This document shows, one piece after another, positions 17,508 through 26,779 of a DNA stretch of 39,907 nucleotides. Location: positions 12,709-52,615 of the forward strand of contig DHXN01000013.1 in the NCBI GenBank assembly GCA_002413705.1, given 5' to 3'. The notes under the pieces are model-generated. The model made no database searches. It worked only from the letters and a program-made list of their open reading frames with translations, and was not told the origin of the DNA. Every line of letters begins with the position of its first letter. The first letter of the stretch is position 1. This DNA comes from Candidatus Nomurabacteria bacterium UBA5155. GTDB taxonomy: Bacteria; Patescibacteriota; Minisyncoccia; Phycocordibacterales; UBA9973. The position numbers were made by a program, and so were the translations under genes.

Positions 17508-17816
17508 TTATAAACTATGAGGCTTATCGAACCCTTGTTCTCTGTCTTCGTGGACCATATCTCTTGTCTCATTATTTTCCATGAACTCATGAAGTTCGAA
17601 GTGGGCAAGTACCCAGCCGATCCAGCGACCTGCTTTAACAGCACTATCTATAGAGGTAGTATCCCAGATTTGTAATTCATCACACATCCACAATAGATAT
17701 GACAATGGCACTAGTCCATCGTCCAACATAATTGTTTGCATGAATACTGGTTTAGTATCTGGATACACTTTTTTAATCCTGGTTCTGATTTCTTTGATAG
17801 TATTTTCGTAATACAT
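17508..17816 (-). CDS. Hypothetical protein
   Basis: 102 aa from ATG 17816, YLLWMC..KAGRWIGWV; TTGCCA-17bp-TATGGT promoter. Confidence 0.65.
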   Translation of the reverse strand: MYYENTIKEIRTRIKKVYPDTKPVFMQTIMLDDGLVPLSYLLWMCDELQIWDTTSIDSAVKAGRWIGWVLAHFELHEFMENNETRDMVHEDREQGFDKPHSL

Positions 17817-17912
17817 AACAATATGAGTTTTTAAGTTTCCCACACCATACAACCTAACCTTGACTTTGGCAAGGGTAGAGGGTAGAGTGGGGGAAATTAA
17901 AAACTCAAGAAT

Positions 17913-18176
17913 ATGGATAAATTAAAATTAACAGCTAAGCAAAAAGTTATTTTCCAAGCTGCCTTACAGGCAGCTCATGACGGAGGAAGTTCTGATGCAA
18001 CTTTCTTAATGAGTAGCGAATATTCATTAGTAGAAGGTCCAAAAAAAATACTTGCAAAAGTAACAAAGCAATTCTGCGAAGATGAAGATGTACCCGAGAT
18101 AGTAGAAAATACTAATGTACAAAAACCTTCTTCTCGATATAGAGAACCAGGTGATGAACACGATCAGTTTTCATAA
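17913..18176 (+). CDS. Hypothetical protein
   Basis: 87 aa; TTGACT-17bp-TAGAGT promoter; terminator at 18197-18224. Confidence 0.6.
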   Translation: MDKLKLTAKQKVIFQAALQAAHDGGSSDATFLMSSEYSLVEGPKKILAKVTKQFCEDEDVPEIVENTNVQKPSSRYREPGDEHDQFS

Positions 18177-18196
18177 TACTATCGAAATCAAAATTT

Positions 18197-18224
18197 AAAG
18201 CCCCACCGTCAGTGGGGCTTTTTT
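18197..18224. terminator. Bidirectional terminator
   Basis: AAAGCCCCAC-cgtca-GTGGGGCTTTTTT. Confidence 0.75.
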
Positions 18225-18230
18225 ACTTTC

Positions 18231-19262
18231 TTATTTTCCTTCCAGTACCGCCAAAGTTTTTTCATTGGTCAGCATCATATCAACATATGCGGCAGTACGC
18301 ATCTGGTCGGCACCGGGATACATGGCCATCAGGCGTTCTGTTTCCTTTTGCACTTCTTCATCGGCGGGTACGATGTTTTCCTTGCGAGAAATTGCATTGA
18401 GTACCAGCTGCACGCGAGCACGCTTTTCGGCTTCTGGTTTGAATTCAGCCACTAAACCCTCTTTGGTCTTCTGAGCCTGTTTCAAATAGTCATCAAGTGT
18501 GAAGCCGGCGCGAGTAATATCAGTTTCAATTTGTGCCAACATTTTTTCTTGTTCTGATTGCAATACGATACCAGGAATAACAAAGTCAGTTTTTTCAACA
18601 ATGGCTTCCATGATAGCAATGCGACGCTTGTCTTTGGCTTCATGTGATTTCTCACGAGTGAGATTTTCAGTAATTTTTTCACGCATCTGAATCACACTGG
18701 TGAATTCGCCAAATGATTTTGCAAATTCGTCATCCACTTCTGGTAACGGTTCTTCATGAGCATGCTCTTCTTCATGACCATGCACATGTCCGTATGCGCG
18801 AAGTTGGCGAAGTTCTTCTACCACTTTTGTTACCTCTTCGTCGGTAACTGCAGTCGCTTCCTCTTCTTTGATACCTTTTGCGATTTTTTTGTAGTCAGGA
18901 AGTTCGATAGTAGGCAGGACGGTAGCAGTCAGTGTGAATTCAACAGGATTGTTGCGAGCGAGTTTGGTGATAGAGAGTTCCGGGCGTCCGATGATATCAA
19001 GATTTTGATCTTTGATGATATCTGAATACAAGTCTTGAATCGCGATTTCTGCCATTTCATTCACCAGCAGCGCATCTGGAATGTGAGACTTTGCGACATC
19101 TTCGGGAATTTTGCCTTTGCGAAATCCATCCAAGTCCAAATGACTGGCCATATGATCAAATGCTTTTTTTTCATGTTTAGCAACGGCTTCCCATGTTATT
19201 TCGCCTTTAATTTCAACTTTTGAGTCGGGTAATTCACGTACTTTTGTGGTGTATGGCTTCAT
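18231..19262 (-). CDS. tig: Trigger factor lacking the FKBP/PPIase domain
   Basis: GFRKGKIP ribosome-binding motif, LPEVDDEFAKS, C-terminal chaperone domain; 343 aa from ATG 19262. Confidence 0.92.
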   Translation of the reverse strand: MKPYTTKVRELPDSKVEIKGEITWEAVAKHEKKAFDHMASHLDLDGFRKGKIPEDVAKSHIPDALLVNEMAEIAIQDLYSDIIKDQNLDIIGRPELSITKLARNNPVEFTLTATVLPTIELPDYKKIAKGIKEEEATAVTDEEVTKVVEELRQLRAYGHVHGHEEEHAHEEPLPEVDDEFAKSFGEFTSVIQMREKITENLTREKSHEAKDKRRIAIMEAIVEKTDFVIPGIVLQSEQEKMLAQIETDITRAGFTLDDYLKQAQKTKEGLVAEFKPEAEKRARVQLVLNAISRKENIVPADEEVQKETERLMAMYPGADQMRTAAYVDMMLTNEKTLAVLEGK

Positions 19263-19285
19263 ATCGGCAGAGTCTAACACAGGTG

Positions 19286-19720
19286 CTAAAGAGAAGGAAG
19301 CGAAGCTTTGAGATTGGTGAGACTGTCTATTATATGTGACTTGGCAGCACTAAGGGTATTTTCGGCAGTAATTGCAGTGTATTTCAGCGTGCTAAGTGTC
19401 AGTGAAGGGTTTTTGTTGGAAGTATTGATAGTAGAAAATGCATCAATATCGATTTTAGCCTTTGCTAATGTAGTATTTGCATCAATAATAGCTGTTTGAG
19501 CATTGTCGGTAGCGACACCTGTGGCATTGAGTTGATTAATTGTGGTTTGGGTTTTGGTGGAAAGTGCCGTGAGTTGTGTGAAAATGTCTTGCAGTGCTGC
19601 CGTTACAGCCTTTTTGCTGTCGATGACACTGGTTGTGGCAGGTTGAGACGCGGCAAAAGCCTGCCCTGTAAGAGGGAAGAGAAATGCGCCTATAAGAATG
19701 AAGAGATATAGCTTTTTCAT
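19286..19720 (-). CDS. Secreted helical hypothetical protein
   Basis: Signal peptide MKKLYLF..QAFA; A/T-rich amphipathic helices. Confidence 0.7.
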   Translation of the reverse strand: MKKLYLFILIGAFLFPLTGQAFAASQPATTSVIDSKKAVTAALQDIFTQLTALSTKTQTTINQLNATGVATDNAQTAIIDANTTLAKAKIDIDAFSTINTSNKNPSLTLSTLKYTAITAENTLSAAKSHIIDSLTNLKASLPSL

Positions 19721-19768
19721 GTAGTATTACTTTACAATATAAAGACGAAATTGGAAAGGTTTTATTAC

Positions 19769-19801
19769 AAAAACGGCGACCACTACGTGGTCGCCGTTTT
19801 T
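19769..19801 (-). terminator. Intrinsic terminator after ppa
   Basis: AAAAACGGCGACCAC-tac-GTGGTCGCCGTTTTT. Confidence 0.8.
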
Positions 19802-19811
19802 GATTATTTGT

Positions 19812-20342
19812 TTATTTCTGAAACTTTTCTCTGTACAGATCCTGAGAGTGCAGGATTGCTTTTTGGGCAGCAGCCTTGTCCTCAAACCCGCCTACTTGCA
19901 CATCTTTGTTTTGGATTTGCTTGTAGGTTTTGAAAAAGTGTTCGATTTCTTTCAAGGTATGCTTGTTGATATCTGTCAGGTCGTGTACTTCATCCCATCG
20001 TGGGTCCTTTACTGGCACGCCAATGATTTTTGCATCGCTATCGCCATCATCGATCATGTTCATGATGCCGACAGGACGAACTTTCACAAGAATCCCAGGA
20101 GCTAACGGATACGTAGTCAGCACCAGAACATCCAACGGATCGCCGTCTTCCCAATGTGACTGCGGCATGAAGCCATAATCAAACGGATAGTCTTGGGCAC
20201 TGTGCATGGCACGATCTAGTGTGATTAGTCCGGTTTCTTTATCAAGTTCGTATTTATTTTTTGATCCTTTTGGGATTTCAATAATAACATTTATTATTTC
20301 TGGAACATCTTTTCCAGCAGTGATTTCATGTAGTAAATTCAT
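19812..20342 (-). CDS. ppa: Inorganic pyrophosphatase (family I)
   Basis: IEIPKGSKNKYE, DGDPLDV, DAKII, FFKTYK. Confidence 0.97.
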   Translation of the reverse strand: MNLLHEITAGKDVPEIINVIIEIPKGSKNKYELDKETGLITLDRAMHSAQDYPFDYGFMPQSHWEDGDPLDVLVLTTYPLAPGILVKVRPVGIMNMIDDGDSDAKIIGVPVKDPRWDEVHDLTDINKHTLKEIEHFFKTYKQIQNKDVQVGGFEDKAAAQKAILHSQDLYREKFQK

Positions 20343-20343
20343 A

Positions 20344-21528
20344 TTATTCTGCAGTTACTGTTTCATCTGTTGCAGCAAGATCTTTCAATGATACGAAGTC
20401 ATCGCCTTCCATTTTTTCTTCAGCGTTTTCTTCGAGCTCTGCTTCAGTGCCTTTGATATCGATTTTCCAACCGGTCAGTTTTGCCGCCAGGCGAACATTT
20501 TGTCCACCTTTACCAATCGCCAATGATAGCTGATCAGGAGTGACTTCAATAGTAGCTTTATGCTCTTCATCATTGAGTTCAAGATCAAGAACTTTTGCTG
20601 GAGAAAGTGATTTGCGGACAAATTCTTCCGCATCAGGAGACCATTCAATGATATCAATCTTTTCACCGCCGAGTTCATTCATCACCGTGCTGACACGCAC
20701 ACCTTTTTGACCGACACATGAACCAACTGGATCAATGTTATTGTCGTCAGTCCAGACAGCGATCTTGGAACGCGCACCCGGCTCACGAGCAATCGCTTTG
20801 ATTTCCACCACACCTGAAGCAACTTCCGGTGATTCAAATGCAAAGAGCTTCTCCAAGAATTTTGGATGAGTGCGAGAGAGACGCAGGTTTACACCGCGAG
20901 GAGACTCTTCAACATGGAAGAGATACGCGCGAATACGCGCGCCGCGAACATAACGCTCGCCGGGAATTTGTTCGTTTGGCGGAAGCACACCGGTAGCGCG
21001 ATTGAAATCAATAAATACTGTCCCACGATCAACTTTCTGAATGTATCCTGAAACGATATCACCTTCTTTGCTACCAAATTCATCCATGATAGAAGTGCGT
21101 TCTGCTTCGCGAATGCGCTGCATAATCACTTGCTTGGCAGTTTGCGCGGCAATACGGCCGAAGTCGTCTTTTGGTTCAAGATTGAAGACCAGCTCGTCAC
21201 CGACTTTGGCGTCACTTTTCATGATGTGCGCATCCTCAAGTAGCAAGTGCTTTTCTTCATTGAAGTGTTCGCGTTCATCATCATCTGATTCAGACTCTTC
21301 TTCAAAACGGACAACGCTATCGTCTACCACTGTTTTGATTTGTTCAAAACTGAAGCTGCCTCCATCGAGGTCAATATGGGCGCGGACGATTTGTCCTTTC
21401 TTGCCGTATTCTTTTTTGTAGGCCGCTGCCAACGATTGTTCAATAGCGTCGACCAGAAGGTCTCGACTAATGCGTCGTTCGCTTTCGAGCTGCTCAAGTG
21501 CCAATTTTAATGCTTTTATGTCCAACAT
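20344..21528 (-). CDS. nusA: Transcription termination factor NusA
   Basis: FGRIAAQTAKQV, S1 and KH domains, AIGKGGQNVRLA. Confidence 0.98.
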   Translation of the reverse strand: MLDIKALKLALEQLESERRISRDLLVDAIEQSLAAAYKKEYGKKGQIVRAHIDLDGGSFSFEQIKTVVDDSVVRFEEESESDDDEREHFNEEKHLLLEDAHIMKSDAKVGDELVFNLEPKDDFGRIAAQTAKQVIMQRIREAERTSIMDEFGSKEGDIVSGYIQKVDRGTVFIDFNRATGVLPPNEQIPGERYVRGARIRAYLFHVEESPRGVNLRLSRTHPKFLEKLFAFESPEVASGVVEIKAIAREPGARSKIAVWTDDNNIDPVGSCVGQKGVRVSTVMNELGGEKIDIIEWSPDAEEFVRKSLSPAKVLDLELNDEEHKATIEVTPDQLSLAIGKGGQNVRLAAKLTGWKIDIKGTEAELEENAEEKMEGDDFVSLKDLAATDETVTAE

Positions 21529-21696
21529 ATATATTTTATTGTTATTCTTTTGTTTTTAATAGCCGAATGTCCGAGCTTTCGGCACGGACATTTGTACTCT
21601 ATATATAGCACGATCGTGAAAAAAAATAAAGTCATGCAAAAAATGTGTAAAAGTGTTTGCTATATTAAGAGAACGTGTCGTATACTGTCTGAGTAC

Positions 21697-22794
21697 ATGA
21701 AATTCTCGAAAACAACACTGTCAGTTTTTTTTAGTATCGTTGCGATGCTGGCAGTATTTGTTTGTGTAAAGATAGTGCAAGCGGATACCGCCAGCAATGG
21801 ATCAGGGTATCTCTGGTCATCAAACATCGGTTGGATCAAATTAAATAATTGTGATGATCCAACCGACGGCACTACCTGTAGTGGTGTAGGGTATGGCATA
21901 AATATTTCTCCTACCTCTCCCAATACTATTACCGGCTATGCGTGGTCATCAAACATCGGATGGATCACCTTTAATGATTCAACATGTCCAACGAACGGCT
22001 GTACTCCTGGTGCATTTGCGGATTTTGCTCATCCAAATAGCGACAGTTCCATAAATATCAAAGGCTGGGCTCGCGCTTGTTCTGTATACGACAGTGGTTG
22101 CAGTGGTGCATATAAAGGAACTGCGGGAGCTATAACGAGCAGTCCTTATTTGGGTACATGGGATGGCTATATTGCGCTTGATTCTGGCTCTGGTGGTGGC
22201 ACAGGCGGCGTATGGGGGTTGAGAATCAATTCGGATCATACTATTAGCAACTATGCCTGGGGCTCACAAGTCATCGGATGGATCAAAAGTATCAGCGCAA
22301 AAGTGTTTTTTGCGAACATTACCGGACTTTGTTATCCTGGCGATGCTGATCCTGCTTGTAACAACTCAGGTAGTACTACTACATATTGCGCCACCACGGA
22401 TCCTCAGTTCGCATGGGATGCGACTGGTTCAACAAGTTGTTCAATTCTTGAACAAGGTGCGGGCGCCGTACCGGTTGCTGTGACTTCAAAAACTCAGGGC
22501 GGATCACTCGCTACCGATGGCAAATACTATTTCACCGTCAATCTGCCGGTCAGTGGAGCTACTACAACATATACATTGAGTTGTACCGGTGGGCCACAGG
22601 CAGTGAATGTTCAGAAAGTTGTTACAACATGTGCTCCTGTAACAACTTGTCCGGCTGGTCAAACGCTCAACTCTTCAGGGGTTTGCGTAACTACTACTAC
22701 CACCTGTCCGGCTGGTCAAACGCTTAACTCTTCAGGAAATTGTGTAGCTACGGCACCTGCCACAAAACCTAAGCCAATCTTTAATGAATTCTAG
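21697..22794 (+). CDS. Secreted Cys-rich protein with WSSNIGWI repeats and a tandem CPAGQTLNSSG.C repeat
   Basis: Signal peptide; GYLWSSNIGWI, GYAWSSNIGWI, NYAWGSQVIGWI; 57-bp-period DNA repeat at 22648-22736. Confidence 0.75.
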   Translation: MKFSKTTLSVFFSIVAMLAVFVCVKIVQADTASNGSGYLWSSNIGWIKLNNCDDPTDGTTCSGVGYGINISPTSPNTITGYAWSSNIGWITFNDSTCPTNGCTPGAFADFAHPNSDSSINIKGWARACSVYDSGCSGAYKGTAGAITSSPYLGTWDGYIALDSGSGGGTGGVWGLRINSDHTISNYAWGSQVIGWIKSISAKVFFANITGLCYPGDADPACNNSGSTTTYCATTDPQFAWDATGSTSCSILEQGAGAVPVAVTSKTQGGSLATDGKYYFTVNLPVSGATTTYTLSCTGGPQAVNVQKVVTTCAPVTTCPAGQTLNSSGVCVTTTTTCPAGQTLNSSGNCVATAPATKPKPIFNEF

Positions 22795-22806
22795 TATACT
22801 AATCAC

Positions 22807-23088
22807 ATGGATGACCAAATGACACAACATAAGAAGAAAATTGTTTGGATTATTGCCGCAGTGATTGGTGTTATCGTTATTGCTGGTATTGTCTGGTATA
22901 TCGTTCGTCACCATAAGGCAATACCAGCTACTCCTATTGAAGTGCTGCAAACATTGGAAAATACCTCTCGTCCAGTCATCAGTTCTGCTCAACAGCGAGC
23001 AGTTGAATTAAAGGAAACAAGTAGAAAGTCAGCTCCGGTAAAAGCAACAACCGATGATAGGATTAAGATGCTCAATGCGTTAAAATAA
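22807..23088 (+). CDS. Small single-TM membrane protein
   Basis: KKKIVWIIAAVIGVIVIAGIVWY; tight operon spacing. Confidence 0.7.
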   Translation: MDDQMTQHKKKIVWIIAAVIGVIVIAGIVWYIVRHHKAIPATPIEVLQTLENTSRPVISSAQQRAVELKETSRKSAPVKATTDDRIKMLNALK

Positions 23089-23092
23089 TTAT

Positions 23093-23512
23093 ATGAAAAA
23101 AGGCCTCTCACAACTTCTCATACTCATCCCACTACTCTTTGTTGCAGGAGTGTCGTTTGCTGCATACAGCTATGTTGGACCAACCTGCGCACCGGAAGGA
23201 TGTAACACAGATGCACCGCTTGATGGCACTGCCAGCGTGCAGGTGAAGAACGGGGGATTGTCAGTAAGTGCATTCTACGTTCCCGGTAACGCGTACTTTG
23301 ATCAAAATAGTTATGTTGGAGGAGCAATTTTTGGACCTACAACAACCAACAATACAGTTATCGTCGGTACGAGTGCAGCACCTGCAAGTGTTGTGAACAC
23401 AGGCAATATTTTTATCAGCGGACAATATCAATCTAATACGTTAAAGACGGGCGGTGGAAAAAAACCATTGTGTACAGATGCTAACGGAACACTTTATATA
23501 TGCACACAATAA
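23093..23512 (+). CDS. Secreted protein, shared module only (paralogue 1)
   Basis: Signal peptide; NTDAPL..QVKNGGLSV..LCTDANGTLYIC. Confidence 0.75.
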   Translation: MKKGLSQLLILIPLLFVAGVSFAAYSYVGPTCAPEGCNTDAPLDGTASVQVKNGGLSVSAFYVPGNAYFDQNSYVGGAIFGPTTTNNTVIVGTSAAPASVVNTGNIFISGQYQSNTLKTGGGKKPLCTDANGTLYICTQ

Positions 23513-24327
23513 CTACAAATCTTAAATATCTTTTTTTCGGACTCATTGTATTTTTTGCATTGGGATTTGCGCACGCAGTTTCATTTACTGGTCCTAGCGC
23601 TGCTGCTCCAGGATCTAATGTCGATGCGCCATTGCACACTGGACCTAGTCAGGTCAAAGATGGCAGTCTGTCAGTGGGGACATTTTCAGCCTATCAGGAT
23701 GCGACATTTTCCCAACAGGTACTGTTAAACGGTACAGTATTTGGTGGTCAGCCGGGGGATGCAAGTTCAACCCTTAATATTGGTCTTCCAGGATATGCTA
23801 CTAATATTTCAGCAAACGGAAGTATGTCTGTGGCAGGTGCTATTACTACAGATTCCGTAAAGAGCATAGCCTTGTGTGCGGACGCGAGCGGAACGATTGT
23901 TGCATGTACTGTGAAAACTCCTCCTCCTCTTGCAGTCACCTTGTCACTACAGAATAGCGACGCATCAGGAGTCATGGGAATGGTTGCGCAGCTCAGCAGC
24001 CCCGTGTCAGTAGATGTAACAGTGGACACTACTGCAACCTATGACACCTCTATGAATACGACACTGCTTGATAAGCTAGCTGAATTGTTTATTGCGCATG
24101 CAGCGGCGCTACAGACAACTAATCCTGATAATACCTGTCCAGTACCTATGGCTGGAGAATCGGTTACTCTTACTATTCCTGCCGGGAGTACAGACTCAGA
24201 TCGCTGGGGTATTCCAGTAGGATCGTGCGGCAGCGGAGTGATCAAAGTAAGTATCAATAATTACAGTCCTCAATCTGACGGCACAAATACCATAACTGCA
24301 AGTAGTGTTTTACTCATCCTTAATTAA
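23500..24327 (+). CDS. Secreted protein, shared module plus Ig-like C-terminal domain (paralogue 2)
   Basis: NVDAPL..QVKDGSLSV..LCADASGTIVAC-TPPP, then VSVDVTV..VTLTIPAG beta-sandwich pattern. Confidence 0.75.
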   Translation: MHTITTNLKYLFFGLIVFFALGFAHAVSFTGPSAAAPGSNVDAPLHTGPSQVKDGSLSVGTFSAYQDATFSQQVLLNGTVFGGQPGDASSTLNIGLPGYATNISANGSMSVAGAITTDSVKSIALCADASGTIVACTVKTPPPLAVTLSLQNSDASGVMGMVAQLSSPVSVDVTVDTTATYDTSMNTTLLDKLAELFIAHAAALQTTNPDNTCPVPMAGESVTLTIPAGSTDSDRWGIPVGSCGSGVIKVSINNYSPQSDGTNTITASSVLLILN

Positions 24328-24331
24328 TACT

Positions 24332-25612
24332 ATGAAAAAAACAACATTCATCAACAACCTCAAATATATTTTTCTTGGTACTGTAGTAGCAATAGGATTG
24401 AGCTACGTTGTGCAGGCAGCCCCTTCTCCTGTAGGATCAGGCAATCCTGATGCCCCGCTGAACGTTGGAGCGACCGCTCAGACTAAGACTGGCGCGCTGA
24501 CAGTATGGGCATTTAATGCCCAGCAGAATGCGCAATTTGATGGTTCAACATTCTTCCACGGCGCATTGCTTGCTCCAAGTGCTAACAGTACTATCTCATT
24601 TGGCGGTATGTATAATGGGGTAGCGCGCAATGCCGGTCTTTCTGTCAGTGGAACATTGAGCAATACCGGTACGCTTGCTGCTGCAACCTTGGTAAATGGC
24701 ACAAACAACACGGTGTGTGCTGATGCGAATGGAACGGTAGTGCTGTGTGATGGAGTAGTTACTCCGCCACCATCTAATGTCCATGAATTCCTTGCTACTG
24801 GTAGCTCATATAGTTCATACACTGGATTTGCTTTGGGGCAGTGTGGCTCATGGGGTGATATCACTCAGCAAACCAATGGTTTCTATAACTTTATTCACAT
24901 GGGAACAACATCATGTGCAAGTTATGCTAATGGAGATGATGGTAGTCATAACGGTGGATTTGATGTCCAGCTTGATTTTAGTAACGTGGCAACCAATACG
25001 CTTAGCGGATTTAACGGTGTATCTGGACAATTTGTTCATGCTGATTACTACAACAGACCTCCGTCATACTGGACTGCGCCTGCAGCAGGATACTATCAAG
25101 TTGATATCAGCGGTACGATGGGTATCGAAACAAAACTGAAGGATGGTAACTATATATTTGTAGCAGGAGTATTTCTACGAGCAGAAAAGCAAAATGATCT
25201 AACCTCATTCACCGAGTATCCAATCGCTGCGCTTTCTGGCACTGGACACAATGCTGTTTTGGAAGGATCAGGATGTACAGGCAACAAGGCTGTAGTTGGT
25301 GAGGCAACTGACATGTATAGTTTAGGAATAGTAAGTTATAACTGGTATAACATTGGCCTAGGCAATTCTCAGATTCAATATGGGCAAAGAGGTTCTTGTA
25401 ATGATACAAATGGTAGTTCATGGGATACTCCCGGCTCATTTGGATTGTCATTCCACCAAAGCATTTATCTCAATGCAGGAGATAAACTGTATACCTTCGC
25501 CAAGGTTGCCGGAGTTGGATACTCGGCTAACGCTGCCTCTGGCGGTGATGCTCGTGATATCGATGTCTTTATCACCCAAAGTTCAAATAGTATTCATATC
25601 GTACAGCAATAA
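24332..25612 (+). CDS. Secreted protein, shared module plus large beta-rich C-terminal domain (paralogue 3)
   Basis: NPDAPL..QTKTGALTV..VCADANGTVVLC-TPPP; WTAPAAGYYQV and IYLNAGDKL (C1q/jelly-roll-like pattern). Confidence 0.75.
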   Translation: MKKTTFINNLKYIFLGTVVAIGLSYVVQAAPSPVGSGNPDAPLNVGATAQTKTGALTVWAFNAQQNAQFDGSTFFHGALLAPSANSTISFGGMYNGVARNAGLSVSGTLSNTGTLAAATLVNGTNNTVCADANGTVVLCDGVVTPPPSNVHEFLATGSSYSSYTGFALGQCGSWGDITQQTNGFYNFIHMGTTSCASYANGDDGSHNGGFDVQLDFSNVATNTLSGFNGVSGQFVHADYYNRPPSYWTAPAAGYYQVDISGTMGIETKLKDGNYIFVAGVFLRAEKQNDLTSFTEYPIAALSGTGHNAVLEGSGCTGNKAVVGEATDMYSLGIVSYNWYNIGLGNSQIQYGQRGSCNDTNGSSWDTPGSFGLSFHQSIYLNAGDKLYTFAKVAGVGYSANAASGGDARDIDVFITQSSNSIHIVQQ

Positions 25613-25615
25613 TAT

Positions 25616-25643
25616 AAAAGCCTTCTTATATAAGGGGCTTTTT
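25616..25643 (+). terminator. Terminator closing the secreted-protein operon
   Basis: AAAAGCCTTCTTA-ta-TAAGGGGCTTTTT. Confidence 0.6.
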
Positions 25644-25746
25644 GCTATATTATATTCACCCTATGATATATCTCCTCGCATTTGACAAAATGCGGGTTTT
25701 CTGATACAATTTGGTTAAATTCAAACACTTAAAATTCCTTCAAAAA

Positions 25747-26184
25747 ATGAAAACACACATCACTTCTATCCTTAGAGGAATGGTTTCTCTTGGGATATTA
25801 ACACTTATTTTTACTGTTTTAGGTTGCAAAAAATCATCTACTCCGATTCCGGTTCCTGTGAATGCGAGTATTGGCGGCACATATGCCGTAACGCTTACTC
25901 AGGGTTCAATCAATCGTGGTACCAGTTACTACACTATCCCGCCGAATGCTGATTCTGCGAACGCAACCTTTATCTTTAATACCGATGCGACCTTCAGCTA
26001 CAAAGACAATGCCGGGAGTAAGGTTGGCACCTGGATCTATTCAGGAAGTGAACTTGTTGTCAAAGACAATGCCGGCAATAAGATATTCGACGGCAACGTC
26101 GAAAGTCTGACCACTACCGGTTTTGTGTACGATGAGATTCCATTGAATTTCGACAACGCCCGCTATACCTTGGTAAAGAAGTAA
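25747..26184 (+). CDS. Putative lipoprotein with lipocalin-like beta-barrel
   Basis: Lipobox VLGC-KK, IGGTY..., FIFNTDATF, GTWIY; TTGACA-17bp-TACAAT promoter; terminator at 26201-26229. Confidence 0.6.
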   Translation: MKTHITSILRGMVSLGILTLIFTVLGCKKSSTPIPVPVNASIGGTYAVTLTQGSINRGTSYYTIPPNADSANATFIFNTDATFSYKDNAGSKVGTWIYSGSELVVKDNAGNKIFDGNVESLTTTGFVYDEIPLNFDNARYTLVKK

Positions 26185-26311
26185 GAGTTAAACATGTAAG
26201 AACCGCCTGGTATATCCGGCGGTTTTTTTGTGCCATTTCCCTTATGATATAATCCATATATATTATATCTCATAGGTGGAAATATATTGATGTTATTAAA
26301 AGGAAAAAATA

Positions 26312-26779
26312 ATGAATAGAAATCGCTCAGCTGGAATAGTTATCAAAGATGGAAAAGTGCTTCTTATACACCGCTTCAACAAGGGTGATGAGTATTGGGT
26401 ATTTCCTGGTGGTGGTGTCGAAGAAGGGGAAACACCTGAACAGGCAGCCATTCGAGAAATAGATGAAGAGACAATGATTGCTGTTGTACCGAAAAAGTTT
26501 CCTTATCATATAACTTGGGATACGGGCGAAGAAAACTTTTTCTATCTTTGTGAATATGTTTCAGGAGAGCCACAGTTGCGTCCTGATTCTATAGAAATTG
26601 AGCAAATGAAAAAAGGCGAACAAATATTTGAGCCATTATGGGTTGAGATAGAGAGGTTGCCTAGTCTGAAGGTCTATCAACTTGAGATAAGAGACCTGTT
26701 TCTGGGTGATTATAAAAATGGTTTTTCTGATCAAACCCAGGAACTTTTTATCAAGTTTGCTGAGAGAAGGCACAAGTGA
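26312..26779 (+). CDS. NUDIX hydrolase
   Basis: Nudix box [22 protein letters not shown]. Confidence 0.92.
   Translation: MNRNRSAGIVIKDGKVLLIHRFNKGDEYWVFPGGGVEEGETPEQAAIREIDEETMIAVVPKKFPYHITWDTGEENFFYLCEYVSGEPQLRPDSIEIEQMKKGEQIFEPLWVEIERLPSLKVYQLEIRDLFLGDYKNGFSDQTQELFIKFAERRHK

Noticed and set aside
17867-17893. G-quadruplex (GGGTAGAGGGTAGAGTGGGGG)
   Set aside because: Only three G3 tracts; better explained as a promoter spacer and -10.
23093-25612. Type IV pilins
   Set aside because: No G/FxxxE prepilin cleavage motif; the N-termini look like ordinary Sec signal peptides.
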